A stretch of 64,000 bases of DNA from an uncultured Eubacteriales bacterium (lineage in GTDB: Bacteria; Bacillota; Clostridia; Christensenellales; Borkfalkiaceae): NCBI GenBank assembly GCA_958421945.1, contig CATZMZ010000008.1, forward strand, positions 10,278 through 74,277, in the 5' to 3' direction. How positions within the stretch are numbered: position 1 is the first letter of the stretch; each line of letters starts with the position of its first letter. A program made the translations under genes and the position numbers. This document shows, piece after piece, positions 43,277-52,742 of this stretch. The notes below the pieces were generated by a model. That model had not been told where the DNA came from. It searched no databases and worked only from the letters and a program-made list of their open reading frames with translations.

Positions 43277-44026
43277 ATGGATAAAAACCAAGAAAAAGAT
43301 ATTCTGAAAATTATTCAGGAAATGCAGATTGCAAGCGTTGATATTTTGGCTAAAAAACTTTTTATTAGTCCCGCAACCGTTAGAAGAAGGCTTAACGACT
43401 TACAAAAGAAAGGGCTTGTCGTTCGCGTTCACGGCGGTGCAAAAATAAACGACAGTAATAACTTTTATCCAAGTTTTACACTTCGCGTTCACCAAAATTC
43501 TTCCGAAAAAAAGAAAATTGCCCTTGCGGCAATTAAATTAATTAAAAACGGCGATTTGGTATTTATCGACGGATCAACCACTGCTTTTTTTATTGCCGAA
43601 TATCTATCGGAGTTTAAGGACTTGATGGTTATGACAAACGGTATCGATACCTTGTCTTTACTCTCAAAAAACAAAATTAACGCATATTCAACCGGCGGTG
43701 TCATTTCTACTACCAATCGTTCCGCGCTCGTTGGACAAATTGCGCAAAATACCGTTAATACAATGCACGCGGATATTGCCTTTTTCTCAGCTCATTCAAT
43801 AAATAAAGATGGTGAAATATATGATATTTTTGAACAAGAAAACCACCTTCGAAAATGCATGATGAAGAACGCAACAAAAAAAGTATTACTTTGTGATAGC
43901 ACAAAATTAGATAAGTTTTCACCTTTCCGCCTTTGCTCGATGGATGATATCGATTATATGGTTTGCAATTACGATATTACCGAATATTTTGACAAGGATT
44001 ATTCCAATAAAATTATCACGTTTTAA
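43277..44026 (+). CDS. DeoR/GlpR-family transcriptional regulator
   Basis: 249 aa with an N-terminal HTH (...VDILAKKLFISPATVRRRLNDLQKKGLVVRVHGGA) and a DeoR C-terminal sensor domain. It is divergent from the GlpA-like operon. Confidence 0.85.
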   Translation: MDKNQEKDILKIIQEMQIASVDILAKKLFISPATVRRRLNDLQKKGLVVRVHGGAKINDSNNFYPSFTLRVHQNSSEKKKIALAAIKLIKNGDLVFIDGSTTAFFIAEYLSEFKDLMVMTNGIDTLSLLSKNKINAYSTGGVISTTNRSALVGQIAQNTVNTMHADIAFFSAHSINKDGEIYDIFEQENHLRKCMMKNATKKVLLCDSTKLDKFSPFRLCSMDDIDYMVCNYDITEYFDKDYSNKIITF

Positions 44027-44215
44027 CTAATTTACCATTATCTTTACATTCAACCGCCCATTTCAAACGAAACTAACCCTATTCCGCTTTTAATTATGAC
44101 TACGGGCGGAAAAATCGACTGTGATGAATTTTCCCGTATTAAAAAGTTGCTTTACGTTAACGTTTACGGCGTGGACGGCGAAACGATTTATAATATCTAA
44201 TAAGACGAAAACACC

Positions 44216-44281
44216 AAATAATGCGCGAGTTGTGCAAACGGAGATACTTCCTCCAAAAAACACTTTCGCGCATTATTTTTT
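44216..44281. terminator. Long hairpin acting as a likely bidirectional terminator (DeoR gene and DD-carboxypeptidase gene)
   Basis: 13-bp perfect stem AAATAATGCGCGA (44216-44228) / TCGCGCATTATTT (44266-44278) with a 37-nt loop that contains GGAG...CTCC. There is a T-run on the plus strand and GGTGTTTTCG on the minus strand. Confidence 0.45.
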
Positions 44282-44336
44282 CTTAAACCGGCTAAATTTT
44301 GTTATAGATTTGGAACGACTTAAACTTCGGCTTTAA

Positions 44337-45509
44337 TTATGAAACTAATTGCCAGTTTTCAATTATGAAACCTAATTCGTCAAAATAAGTTTTCTTTTCA
44401 ATACTTTCGCGCGCGATAACGTTCACGCAGGCAATTTCTATTCCGTTTTCAAAAATTGAAAGCTTGCCGACAATATCGCCCTTATAGACGGGCGCTTTAA
44501 CTCTTTCGCTTGGTGAAAAATTAAATTCAAAAACTCTCTTTTCGTTTTTCTTTGAAAAAATATAAACGGGTTTTTCCGCCGAGACAGATAAATCGATTTG
44601 CTTTCCGCCTTCGACAAACACTTGGATATCGAGCGGATTTTCGCTATCGACGACAAGCTTGCTCGTATAGTTTGCAAATCCGTAATTAAACAAAGATGAC
44701 GCCTGTGCAAATCTCGTTTTACCGTCCGGTGCTGAAATTACGACCGAAATAAGTCTCATTCCGTCACGTTTTGCCGAAGCGGCAAGACAATGTCCCGCTT
44801 CACTCGTATAACCCGTTTTTCCGCTATCGCATCCGGAATAAAATTTTATAAGTTTATTCGTGTTGGATATTTCGGTTATACGTCCCTTCGGGTGAGATAT
44901 TTCATCCATCCATATACCCGAGTATTCAAAATAATCTTTATGCTTAAGAAGCTCTGCAAACATAATAGATACGTCTTTTGCACAAGAAAATTGCCCTGCT
45001 TTGGGTAAGCCTGTGCAATTAACGAAAACGGTGTTTTCCATACCGAGCATTTTTGCTTTTTCGTTCATTCTTTCAACGAATACCGATTCGCTGCCGCAAA
45101 TCCTTTCCGCCATAGCAACGCATGCATCGTTTGCTGACGCGACGGTTATGCTTTTAATTAAATCGCTTATCGGATAATCTGCGTTCGCCTCTAAAAAAAC
45201 CTGCGAACCTCCCATTCCTGCGGCTTCCGCGCTAACGGTAATTTTTTCGTCAAATGATATGTTTCCGCTATCCTTTTCCTCAAAACATAATAAAAGCGTC
45301 ATAATCTTACACATGCTTGCAATGGGCAAACGCTCTTTCTCGTTATATGAATAAACTATCGTTCCCGAATCCGCGTCAAGCAAAATTTCGGATTTGCACT
45401 TATGCTCTATTTCGTCTGCACGGGCTTTATTTATTGCGGCATTTCCATATAAACCGAAGCCGGCAAGAATCGTCAAAAACAAAAAAAATACAGAAAATAT
45501 TTTCTTCAT
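44337..45509 (-). CDS. D-alanyl-D-alanine carboxypeptidase (PBP5/DacB/DacF family)
   Basis: 390 aa with a signal peptide, SxxK (ASMCKIMT), SAN and KTG (GKTGYT) motifs, and a C-terminal PBP5 domain. Confidence 0.88.
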   Translation of the reverse strand: MKKIFSVFFLFLTILAGFGLYGNAAINKARADEIEHKCKSEILLDADSGTIVYSYNEKERLPIASMCKIMTLLLCFEEKDSGNISFDEKITVSAEAAGMGGSQVFLEANADYPISDLIKSITVASANDACVAMAERICGSESVFVERMNEKAKMLGMENTVFVNCTGLPKAGQFSCAKDVSIMFAELLKHKDYFEYSGIWMDEISHPKGRITEISNTNKLIKFYSGCDSGKTGYTSEAGHCLAASAKRDGMRLISVVISAPDGKTRFAQASSLFNYGFANYTSKLVVDSENPLDIQVFVEGGKQIDLSVSAEKPVYIFSKKNEKRVFEFNFSPSERVKAPVYKGDIVGKLSIFENGIEIACVNVIARESIEKKTYFDELGFIIENWQLVS

Positions 45510-45594
45510 AATCCCTCCTATAAAAATATTGTCTGTATTTATTTAAATATTATTCATTATGTCTGACATAATCTATGTCAAAATCATTATATAT

Positions 45595-46572
45595 TTACTG
45601 ATTTTTCAGCATATTTTCAATCGAAATGCCAAATCCCCTTGAGGGGTCGTTTATGAAAACGTGCGTAACCGCACCTACAAGCTTTCCGCCTTGCACAATC
45701 GGGCTTCCGCTCATCCCCTGAACTATCCCACCGGTTGAATCGAGCAATCGCTCGTCCGTTATTTTGATGACGTAATTTTTAATCGAATTAAGATCGTCGC
45801 ATTTTATTATTGAAATAGCATAATTTTGCGGTTCTTTCCCGTTAATCGTCGAATAAATTTCGGCATTCCCGGGTTTTGCTTCGCCCGTTACTATTTCGGT
45901 AAGCCCTTTGAATGCATTTTTCTTTATTTTACCGAACACTCCGAACTCGCAATTTTTTTCAATCTTTCCTTTTTCGTTTTTTCTTGTAAAAATGCCGCGT
46001 AACTCCCCCGGTTTTCCTCTTTCTCCTTTAACGTAACCCGTTATACTGCAATCGTAAACGCTGCCTTTTATTATTTTCAAAACGTTTCCGTCTTCATTTA
46101 ATACGGGGTGACCTAACGAAGCAAACGTCCCGTTTTTAATGTACGTTATCGTGCCGATTCCGTTGATTCCTTCTCTTATAAAAACGCCGAGTTTAAGTTT
46201 TCCGTTTATATCTTTTGCGGGTCTAACAGAGATTTTTTCGCTTTTTCCGTTACGTTCAATCGTTAATTCGATTTTGCTTTCTGATTTTAAGTTTTTCTCG
46301 ACGTCGTAAGCGTTATTCACTTCCCGACCATCTATTTCAAGTATCACGTCGCCCGATAAAACTCCCGAATCTTTGGACGGGGATTTTAAACCGTTTTCAG
46401 TGATAACGTCGCATAATCCGGCAACAAACGCACCTCTCGATTCCATAAAAAACCCGGCGGGCATCCCGCCGAGGTAAATTTTATCCTCGTCGGCATAAGC
46501 GACGAGATTTGTTCCCGAAACAAAAAAAAGCAGGGATAAGATTAAGAGAATAAATCGGTTAAGCTTTTTCAT
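45595..46572 (-). CDS. spoIVB: SpoIVB peptidase (S55) with a PDZ domain
   Basis: 325 aa with a signal/TM N-terminus, a PDZ region (GDVILEIDGREV) and the catalytic region ...GIVQGMSGSPIV...THVF.... Confidence 0.85.
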   Translation of the reverse strand: MKKLNRFILLILSLLFFVSGTNLVAYADEDKIYLGGMPAGFFMESRGAFVAGLCDVITENGLKSPSKDSGVLSGDVILEIDGREVNNAYDVEKNLKSESKIELTIERNGKSEKISVRPAKDINGKLKLGVFIREGINGIGTITYIKNGTFASLGHPVLNEDGNVLKIIKGSVYDCSITGYVKGERGKPGELRGIFTRKNEKGKIEKNCEFGVFGKIKKNAFKGLTEIVTGEAKPGNAEIYSTINGKEPQNYAISIIKCDDLNSIKNYVIKITDERLLDSTGGIVQGMSGSPIVQGGKLVGAVTHVFINDPSRGFGISIENMLKNQ

Positions 46573-46589
46573 ATTTTCTCCGTTTTGCT

Positions 46590-46618
46590 TATGATGGGCA
46601 TTTACGAAAAAAATATGT
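46590..46618 (-). promoter_or_regulatory. Possible forespore-type (sigma-F/G-like) promoter of spoIVB
   Basis: Minus strand ACATA (46614-46618), 17 nt, then CATCATA (46590-46596), which resembles GHATR-17/18-CATnnTA. The first base of the -35 element deviates, and the element lies very close to the SD. Confidence 0.3.
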
Positions 46619-46646
46619 ATTTGAATTTGGAAAAAAGCGATTATTT

Positions 46647-47855
46647 TTACAGTCCGTATTCCTGTGCCAAAAGCTTAAATGACGGCAAAGAGTTTTTTAT
46701 CGTGTTTTCACTTACACAGTAAGCGATTCTGACGTACCCTTTTACACCGAAATCGTCGCACGGGACGAATAATATTTCGTGTTTTTTTGCGTTTTCATAA
46801 AATGAAAACGCATCTTTATCGGGACTTTTAACGAATAAATAAAACGCTCCGTCGGGTTTAACACAGTCGAAACCGTATTCGGTTAACGAACCGTACAGTA
46901 AGTCGCGATTTCTTTTATAGGCGCTTATATCGACTTTTGCGTTTACGCAATATTTAACCATTTGTTGGAAAAGCGACGGCGCGCAAACATAACCGAAAGA
47001 CCTGCCCGCGCCGCAAATGGCGCTGTAAACCTCGGTTCTACCCTCCATTTTAGGATTAACCGCAATATAACCTATTCTCTCGCCCGGCAAAGACAAAGAC
47101 TTTGAATAGGAATAGCAAACCAGACTGTTATTATAATAATTCATAACGTAAGGAACAAAAACGTTTTCGTAAACAAGCTCTCTATACGGCTCGTCCGAAA
47201 TAAGATAGATGATTTTTCCGTATTCGAGAGATTTCCTTTTAAGAATTTTGCACGCGGAAACAAGCGTTTCTTCTGTGTAGACAACGCCGCTCGGATTGTT
47301 CGGAGAGTTAATGATAACTGCTTTGGTATTTTCGGTTATTTTGCTCTCGAAATCCTCCATATCTATTTGAAAGGTTTTAGGATTCGGGTCAGAAACGACA
47401 ACTTTGCCGCCGGCGTTCTCGATAAAAACCCTGTATTCGGTAAAAAACGGTGCAAAAACAATACATTCCTCTCCGCGGTTAAGCAACGCGCCGAGCGAAA
47501 TAGTTAGCGAAGCGGCTGCTCCGCAAGTCATATAAATATCGTTTTCGTTCACGTTTACCGAAAAACTGTTTCTGATGTGCGCCGCAACGGCAGCTCTCGT
47601 TCCCGCGTCGCCCTGTGCGGACGTATATCCGTGCAAAGCCGTCGGCTCGTTTTCGTCAAGCAGCTTTTTAAGCGTTTCAGTAACTATTTCCGGCGGATTA
47701 ACGCTCGGATTGCCTATACTGAAATCATAGACGTTTTCTTTGCCGATTTCGGCTGCACGATTTTTGCTGTATTCAAAAATTTCTCTTATAATCGAACGTT
47801 TGCTTCCTAACCCGTAAGCCCTCTCGTTACATTGCATATTCTTTCTCCAAATCAA
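46647..47855 (-). CDS. Class I/II PLP-dependent aminotransferase (aspartate/aromatic type)
   Basis: 402 aa with ...NPSGVVY... and the PLP-lysine motif YSYSKSLSLPGERIGY. An alternative start (MQCNER, 47837) is possible. It is the last gene of the IOR operon. Confidence 0.85.
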   Translation of the reverse strand: MIWRKNMQCNERAYGLGSKRSIIREIFEYSKNRAAEIGKENVYDFSIGNPSVNPPEIVTETLKKLLDENEPTALHGYTSAQGDAGTRAAVAAHIRNSFSVNVNENDIYMTCGAAASLTISLGALLNRGEECIVFAPFFTEYRVFIENAGGKVVVSDPNPKTFQIDMEDFESKITENTKAVIINSPNNPSGVVYTEETLVSACKILKRKSLEYGKIIYLISDEPYRELVYENVFVPYVMNYYNNSLVCYSYSKSLSLPGERIGYIAVNPKMEGRTEVYSAICGAGRSFGYVCAPSLFQQMVKYCVNAKVDISAYKRNRDLLYGSLTEYGFDCVKPDGAFYLFVKSPDKDAFSFYENAKKHEILFVPCDDFGVKGYVRIAYCVSENTIKNSLPSFKLLAQEYGL

Positions 47856-48654
47856 GTATTTTTAATGCGTTTTTATACGTGATTTTATTAAAATCCTCTT
47901 CGTTTAATTTGTATGATTTTAAAATTTGCAAATCCTCTTTAATGCCGCGCCACGGGCAGTCCGTTGCAAATAAAACCTTTTCCGCGCCGTGACGCTCGAG
48001 AATTTTCTTGAAAACGCGTTCGTCGATTTCGTGAAAAGTAAAAGCGGTGTCAAAATAACAGTTATAATCGCAAAGCAGTTCGTATACTTCGTCCCACTGA
48101 TTATGACCGCCGTAATGCCCCAGCACGAGCTTTTCATATGGAAGTTTGTCCAAAACCTCTTTCGCAAGAACAGGCGGACATCTGACGGGCATACCTTTAT
48201 ACCCGTAATCCTCGCCCGCATGCGTAACTACGAGCATATCGTTATCTTTCGCAGCGGAAATAATACGTAAATATCCCTCGTCGTTAAAAAAAGTACTTTG
48301 ATAATCGGGATGAATTTTAACGCCTTTTATACCGTTCTCTCGCAAATATCGCATTTTACCGTCTATATCGTCGCAAGCCGGATGCATTCCGCCGAACGAA
48401 ATAAGTCTTTTGGAAGAATTCTTATATTGTTCATTTACGGCAATGGCAAAATGCGCGACGCTGTCGAATTGCGACGGCTTGGTTAAAACGGGCAAGGTAA
48501 CGCAAATATCTGCATTACCCCTTTCCATTTCTTTAATAAGCCCTTCGGCCGTTCCGTCGGTAAACGCGTGCGAATCGCTGTTGCTTTCAAGCTTTTCTAT
48601 CGTGGTTTTTGCTATTTTATCGGGAAAAATGTGTGTGTGAAAATCAATAAGCAT
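47827..48654 (-). CDS. Metal-dependent amidohydrolase-family (TIM-barrel) protein
   Basis: 275 aa with MLIDFHTHIFPD... and HxH plus downstream His/Asp ligands (THAGED, LGHYGG, FATDCPW). Confidence 0.7.
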   Translation of the reverse strand: MLIDFHTHIFPDKIAKTTIEKLESNSDSHAFTDGTAEGLIKEMERGNADICVTLPVLTKPSQFDSVAHFAIAVNEQYKNSSKRLISFGGMHPACDDIDGKMRYLRENGIKGVKIHPDYQSTFFNDEGYLRIISAAKDNDMLVVTHAGEDYGYKGMPVRCPPVLAKEVLDKLPYEKLVLGHYGGHNQWDEVYELLCDYNCYFDTAFTFHEIDERVFKKILERHGAEKVLFATDCPWRGIKEDLQILKSYKLNEEDFNKITYKNALKILDLEKEYAM

Positions 48655-48665
48655 ATAAAATTGAA

Positions 48666-49094
48666 TTAAAACTCCACAATCTCTTTGTTTGATAAGGTAG
48701 AAACACCGTTCTCAGCTAATATTGCGTCCGCTTTTTTAAGGTCGTCGGCTTTTAACACGATAGTCGCCTTTTCTCCCTCGACGGATAATCCGTACATATA
48801 CTCTACGTTAATATCCTTTGCTGAAAGGATTTCCAGAAGTTTTTGCAGACTGCCCGATTTATGGTCAATTCTTACAACCAAAATATCGGTAAGCATTGAC
48901 GAAAACCCGTTTTTGACGAGATTATCCGCAGCAAGCTTCGGGTCGCTGACGATAAGCCGAAGCAGTCCGAATTCCGTAGTATCGGCAAGCGAAAGAGAAA
49001 GAATATTTACACCGTTCTCTTTTAATACGCCGAGTACTTCGCCTAGTCTGCCCTGTCTGTTTTCGATAAACACCGATAACTGCTTTGATATCAT
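48666..49094 (-). CDS. ACT-domain (amino-acid-binding) protein
   Basis: 142 aa with two ACT-like beta-alpha-beta-beta-alpha-beta repeats (LSVFIENRQGRLGEVLGVLKENGVNI...). This is its usual position next to phenylacetate-CoA ligase genes. Confidence 0.75.
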   Translation of the reverse strand: MISKQLSVFIENRQGRLGEVLGVLKENGVNILSLSLADTTEFGLLRLIVSDPKLAADNLVKNGFSSMLTDILVVRIDHKSGSLQKLLEILSAKDINVEYMYGLSVEGEKATIVLKADDLKKADAILAENGVSTLSNKEIVEF

Positions 49095-49107
49095 ATATTA
49101 ACTCCTT

Positions 49108-50418
49108 TTATAGATTTTCCTGATAGATTTTTCTGTTATCAATAACGTGAACGGTTTTGCCGTCGTTGCGCATTAACGTTTGAGGTTCAACAAGCTTGAT
49201 TTTTGCATTTAAGCCCAGGCTTTGATTGATTTCGTGCGCAACCTTTCGAGTAAGCGACTCCAACCCCTTGATTTCATCGGAAAAATAAGAATCTTTAAGC
49301 TCGACCTGAATTTCAAGCGTATCGAGATTATTCACTCTGTCGACAATCATGAGGTAGTGCGGCGAAAGCTCTTTAATTTCAAGAAGCGCTGCTTCGACCT
49401 GACTCGGGAAAACGTTTACACCCCTTATAATAAGCATATCGTCCACCCTGCCTTTGAAACGGCTTATTCTTGCGCTTGTTCTGCCGCATTCGCAAACGGA
49501 TTTGTCAAGCGAAGTTAAGTCTTTCGTCCTGTACCGTATAAGCGGCAACCCCTCTTTCGTTAGTGTGGTAAACACAAGCTCGCCCGTAACCCCGTCCGGA
49601 ACAGACTTTAACGTTTCAGACGAAACAATTTCGGGATAGAAATGGTCCTCGCAAACGTGAAGTCCTTTATGAAAAGAACAATCGCACGCGACGCCCGGAC
49701 CCATAATTTCGGACAAACCGTAAATATCGTGCGCGGAAATGTGAAGCCGCTTTTCGATTTCAAGACGCATTTGTTCCGTCCACGGTTCTGCGCCGCAAAC
49801 AGCCGTTCTCAGTTTTAAGTCTTTGATTTTGTTTTCGGCTTCCAAAAGCTCGGCGATATGCAAAAGGTAAGAAGGCGTGCAGGCAATCGCGGTAACGTTA
49901 AAATCGAGCATCATCGTAATAAGTTTTTTAGAATTGCCCGTACTCATCGGAACAACCATCGCTCCTATTTTTTCCGCACCGTTATGCGCGCCGAGTCCGC
50001 CCGTAAACAAGCCGTATCCGTAGCCTATTTGAATAACGTCGTCTTTCGTTATGCCAGACATAGTGAAGCAACGTGCCACACATTCCGACCAGATATCAAG
50101 GTCATGTCTGGTATAACCAACTACCGTCGCTTTGCCCGTAGTCCCGCTTGACGCGTGAACTCTCACTATTTGGGATTTTGGAACGGCAAACAAACCGAAA
50201 GGATAATTATCGCGCAAGTCGTCCTTAGTTGTAAACGGCAACTTCTCGATATCCTCTATACCCTTTATATCGCAAGGCATAAGATCGAGAGCCTGCATTT
50301 TTTTGCGGTAATATTCTACGTTATGATAAACGTAATCGACAATCTTGACGAGCCGCGCGCTTTGAATAGCCGTCATTTCGTCGCGACTCATACATTCTTT
50401 ATTCTCATTCCAAATCAT
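49108..50418 (-). CDS. Phenylacetate--CoA ligase family (PaaK-like aryl-acid CoA ligase), copy 2
   Basis: 436 aa with ...HASSGTTGKATVVGYT..., ...YGLSEIMGPGVA..., and a C-terminal AMP-binding/ACT-like domain. It is a paralogue of 52743-54041. Confidence 0.88.
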   Translation of the reverse strand: MIWNENKECMSRDEMTAIQSARLVKIVDYVYHNVEYYRKKMQALDLMPCDIKGIEDIEKLPFTTKDDLRDNYPFGLFAVPKSQIVRVHASSGTTGKATVVGYTRHDLDIWSECVARCFTMSGITKDDVIQIGYGYGLFTGGLGAHNGAEKIGAMVVPMSTGNSKKLITMMLDFNVTAIACTPSYLLHIAELLEAENKIKDLKLRTAVCGAEPWTEQMRLEIEKRLHISAHDIYGLSEIMGPGVACDCSFHKGLHVCEDHFYPEIVSSETLKSVPDGVTGELVFTTLTKEGLPLIRYRTKDLTSLDKSVCECGRTSARISRFKGRVDDMLIIRGVNVFPSQVEAALLEIKELSPHYLMIVDRVNNLDTLEIQVELKDSYFSDEIKGLESLTRKVAHEINQSLGLNAKIKLVEPQTLMRNDGKTVHVIDNRKIYQENL

Positions 50419-50420
50419 AA

Positions 50421-50996
50421 TTATTCCTCCTGCTCGTAACCAAGCTTGAATGCTTTAACGTTAATATCTATAGTTTTGGACGGTACGGTTTTTTCAAGAA
50501 CGCTTAACCATTGTTCCTCGGAAAAATCGAGAAATTTCGCAGCAAACCCAAGAACGACCGAATTGAGAACTTTGGGGTTGCCGAGTTTTTCGGCAATTTC
50601 AACACCGTTTATAGTATGTACGGTGTGGTTTTGTTTTAAGCGCGGTAATATGCCCTCGGGATATGCTTCTGCGCCCGTTACGACGGTCATCGGATCGATT
50701 CTGCAATCGTTTACCACTATTAAACCGTCTTTTTTAAGGAAATGAGCGTATCTTAACGCCTCTAACCTTTCAAACGAAATAAGAATATCCGCGTCGCCGA
50801 CCTCAACCACCGGTTCGTCCACCTTTTCGCCGAAACGAACGAAAGTAACGACGCTTCCGCCGCGTTGAGCCATTCCGTGAACCTCGGAAAGCTTTACGTC
50901 GAAGTTTTGGGAAAGCGCGACGTTTCCTATAATTCTGCTTGTCAAAAGCGTTCCTTGACCGCCAACGCCGACTACCATAATATTTAAGTTTTTCAT
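50421..50996 (-). CDS. iorB: Indolepyruvate:ferredoxin oxidoreductase beta subunit
   Basis: 191 aa with VVGVGGQGTLLTSRIIG...HGMAQRGGSV, typical of the IorB/gamma-type subunit. Confidence 0.88.
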   Translation of the reverse strand: MKNLNIMVVGVGGQGTLLTSRIIGNVALSQNFDVKLSEVHGMAQRGGSVVTFVRFGEKVDEPVVEVGDADILISFERLEALRYAHFLKKDGLIVVNDCRIDPMTVVTGAEAYPEGILPRLKQNHTVHTINGVEIAEKLGNPKVLNSVVLGFAAKFLDFSEEQWLSVLEKTVPSKTIDINVKAFKLGYEQEE

Positions 50997-51000
50997 ATTC

Positions 51001-52740
51001 TTATTTCTCCCGTTTTTCGATAGCCCCGAATTTGCAATAGCTTTGACAAAGTCCGCAACCGTTACACATTGAGCGGTCGATTTTAATTGTCCCCGATTCG
51101 GTTTTAGTAATTGCGGGACATCCTATTTTTAAGCACATTCCGCATTTTTTGCATTTTTCGGGAATTTCCACGCATTTATAAGGGAATTTTTGACCTTTAA
51201 GCAAAGCGCAGGGCGCACGTGCTATTATTACGGTCAGCTCGTCCGAATTAACGCTTTCTTTAATGATTTTTTCAAGCTCAACCACGTTAAACGCGTCCGC
51301 CTCTATAACTCTCGGAACGCCGATTGCAGAACATAACGTTTTAAAATCAATCGCGTAAGTCGCTTCGCCTTTAAGCGTCTTGCCCGTTGCGGCGTGATCT
51401 TGATGACCCGTCATACCGGTCGTTCTATTGTCAAGAATAATTACTGTGCCGCACGATTTATTATAAACCATGTTAACGAGCGAATTTATACCCGTATGTA
51501 AAAAGGTTGAATCTCCGATAACCGCTACGCGATTTTTAATAAAGTCTTTGCCTTTTGCTTTTTCCATACCGTGAAGAACGGAAATGCTTGCACCCATACA
51601 AACCGTGGTATCGATTACCGACAGCGGTGCAACCGCCCCCAAAGTATAACAGCCTATATCTCCCGCCGCGTGAATTTTAAGTTTATTAAGCACCGAAAAA
51701 ACGCTTCTGTGCGGACAACCCGGGCATAAAATGGGCGGACGATTAGGAGCTTTTTCCTTTTCGAAAACTTTATCGTCCTTACCGAAAATTGCCTTTCTTA
51801 TTAAATTTGCGCTGTATTCGCCCTGCTTCGTGAAAAGCTCCTTCCCTTTAACGTTTAATCCCCACGAACGGACCTGCTCCTCGATAACGGGTTCTAATTC
51901 CTCGACGATATATACCGTTTCGACGTTATCGACGAACTCTTTTATAAGTCTTTCGGGAAGCGGGTTAACCATACCGAGTTTTAACACGCTTGCTTGCGGC
52001 GCAGCCTCCTTAACGTATTGATAAGGAATACCTGACGTAATAAAACCTATTTTTCTATCGTTATACTCTATTATATTTATAGGAAAATCAGAACAATCCG
52101 CCGCCATACGATTTTCCCTGTCCTCAACGAAGAGGTGTCTGCCGATAGCCGACCCCGGCATCATGACGTATTTTTTAACGTCCCTTTCGCAAGGTTTATC
52201 CTCAGGAACGACTCTTTCGGAAAGCTCAACAGCACTTTGCGAATGGGAAAGCTTTGTCGTCGTTCTTAAAATAACGGGCGTATCGTATTTTTCGCTCAAT
52301 TCGAAAGCGATTTTAACAAAATTTTTCGCTTCTTCGCTGTCGGACGGTTCTAAAACGGGAATGTGCGCGCTTCTTGCAATCATACGCGTATCCTGTTCGT
52401 TTTGCGAACTCGCAAGGCCCGGGTCGTCGGCAACGACGATAACCGAGCCACCGTTCACGCCCGTGTAAGCGAACGTGTAAACGGGGTCGCTTGCAACGTT
52501 AAGACCTACGTGTTTCATACAACAAAGGCTTCTGACGCCTGCGTAACACGCACCGATTGCAACCTCAGCCGCAACTTTTTCGTTAGGCGCCCATTCGGTA
52601 TAAACCTCCGGATATTTAGCGAGGAATTCGCTTATTTCGGTTGACGGTGTTCCCGGATACGCGCTTGAAACCTTAACGCCGGCTTCGTATGCACCTCTTG
52701 CTATTGCTTCGTTTCCGAGCATCAATTTTTTTTCGTTCAT
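51001..52740 (-). CDS. iorA: Indolepyruvate:ferredoxin oxidoreductase alpha subunit (TPP plus 2x[4Fe-4S])
   Basis: 579 aa with the TPP-binding motif GDSTFLHTG and C-terminal ferredoxin motifs CKKCGMCLKIGCP and CNGCGLCQSYC. Confidence 0.9.
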   Translation of the reverse strand: MNEKKLMLGNEAIARGAYEAGVKVSSAYPGTPSTEISEFLAKYPEVYTEWAPNEKVAAEVAIGACYAGVRSLCCMKHVGLNVASDPVYTFAYTGVNGGSVIVVADDPGLASSQNEQDTRMIARSAHIPVLEPSDSEEAKNFVKIAFELSEKYDTPVILRTTTKLSHSQSAVELSERVVPEDKPCERDVKKYVMMPGSAIGRHLFVEDRENRMAADCSDFPINIIEYNDRKIGFITSGIPYQYVKEAAPQASVLKLGMVNPLPERLIKEFVDNVETVYIVEELEPVIEEQVRSWGLNVKGKELFTKQGEYSANLIRKAIFGKDDKVFEKEKAPNRPPILCPGCPHRSVFSVLNKLKIHAAGDIGCYTLGAVAPLSVIDTTVCMGASISVLHGMEKAKGKDFIKNRVAVIGDSTFLHTGINSLVNMVYNKSCGTVIILDNRTTGMTGHQDHAATGKTLKGEATYAIDFKTLCSAIGVPRVIEADAFNVVELEKIIKESVNSDELTVIIARAPCALLKGQKFPYKCVEIPEKCKKCGMCLKIGCPAITKTESGTIKIDRSMCNGCGLCQSYCKFGAIEKREK

Positions 52741-52742
52741 AA

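Noticed and set aside
44027-44200. The reading frame stays open for 58 codons after the DeoR stop codon (including a 34-codon ATG ORF at 44096-44200): considered as possible stop-codon read-through or a pseudogene remnant
   Set aside because: The DeoR protein is already full length (249 aa). The downstream ATG has no SD and I recognise no domain in the extension. An open frame of this length is unremarkable in AT-rich sequence.
44121-44336. 71-aa ORF in the DeoR/DD-carboxypeptidase intergenic region
   Set aside because: It has no SD, spans the large terminator hairpin at 44216-44281, and has a low-complexity translation. It is likely non-coding.
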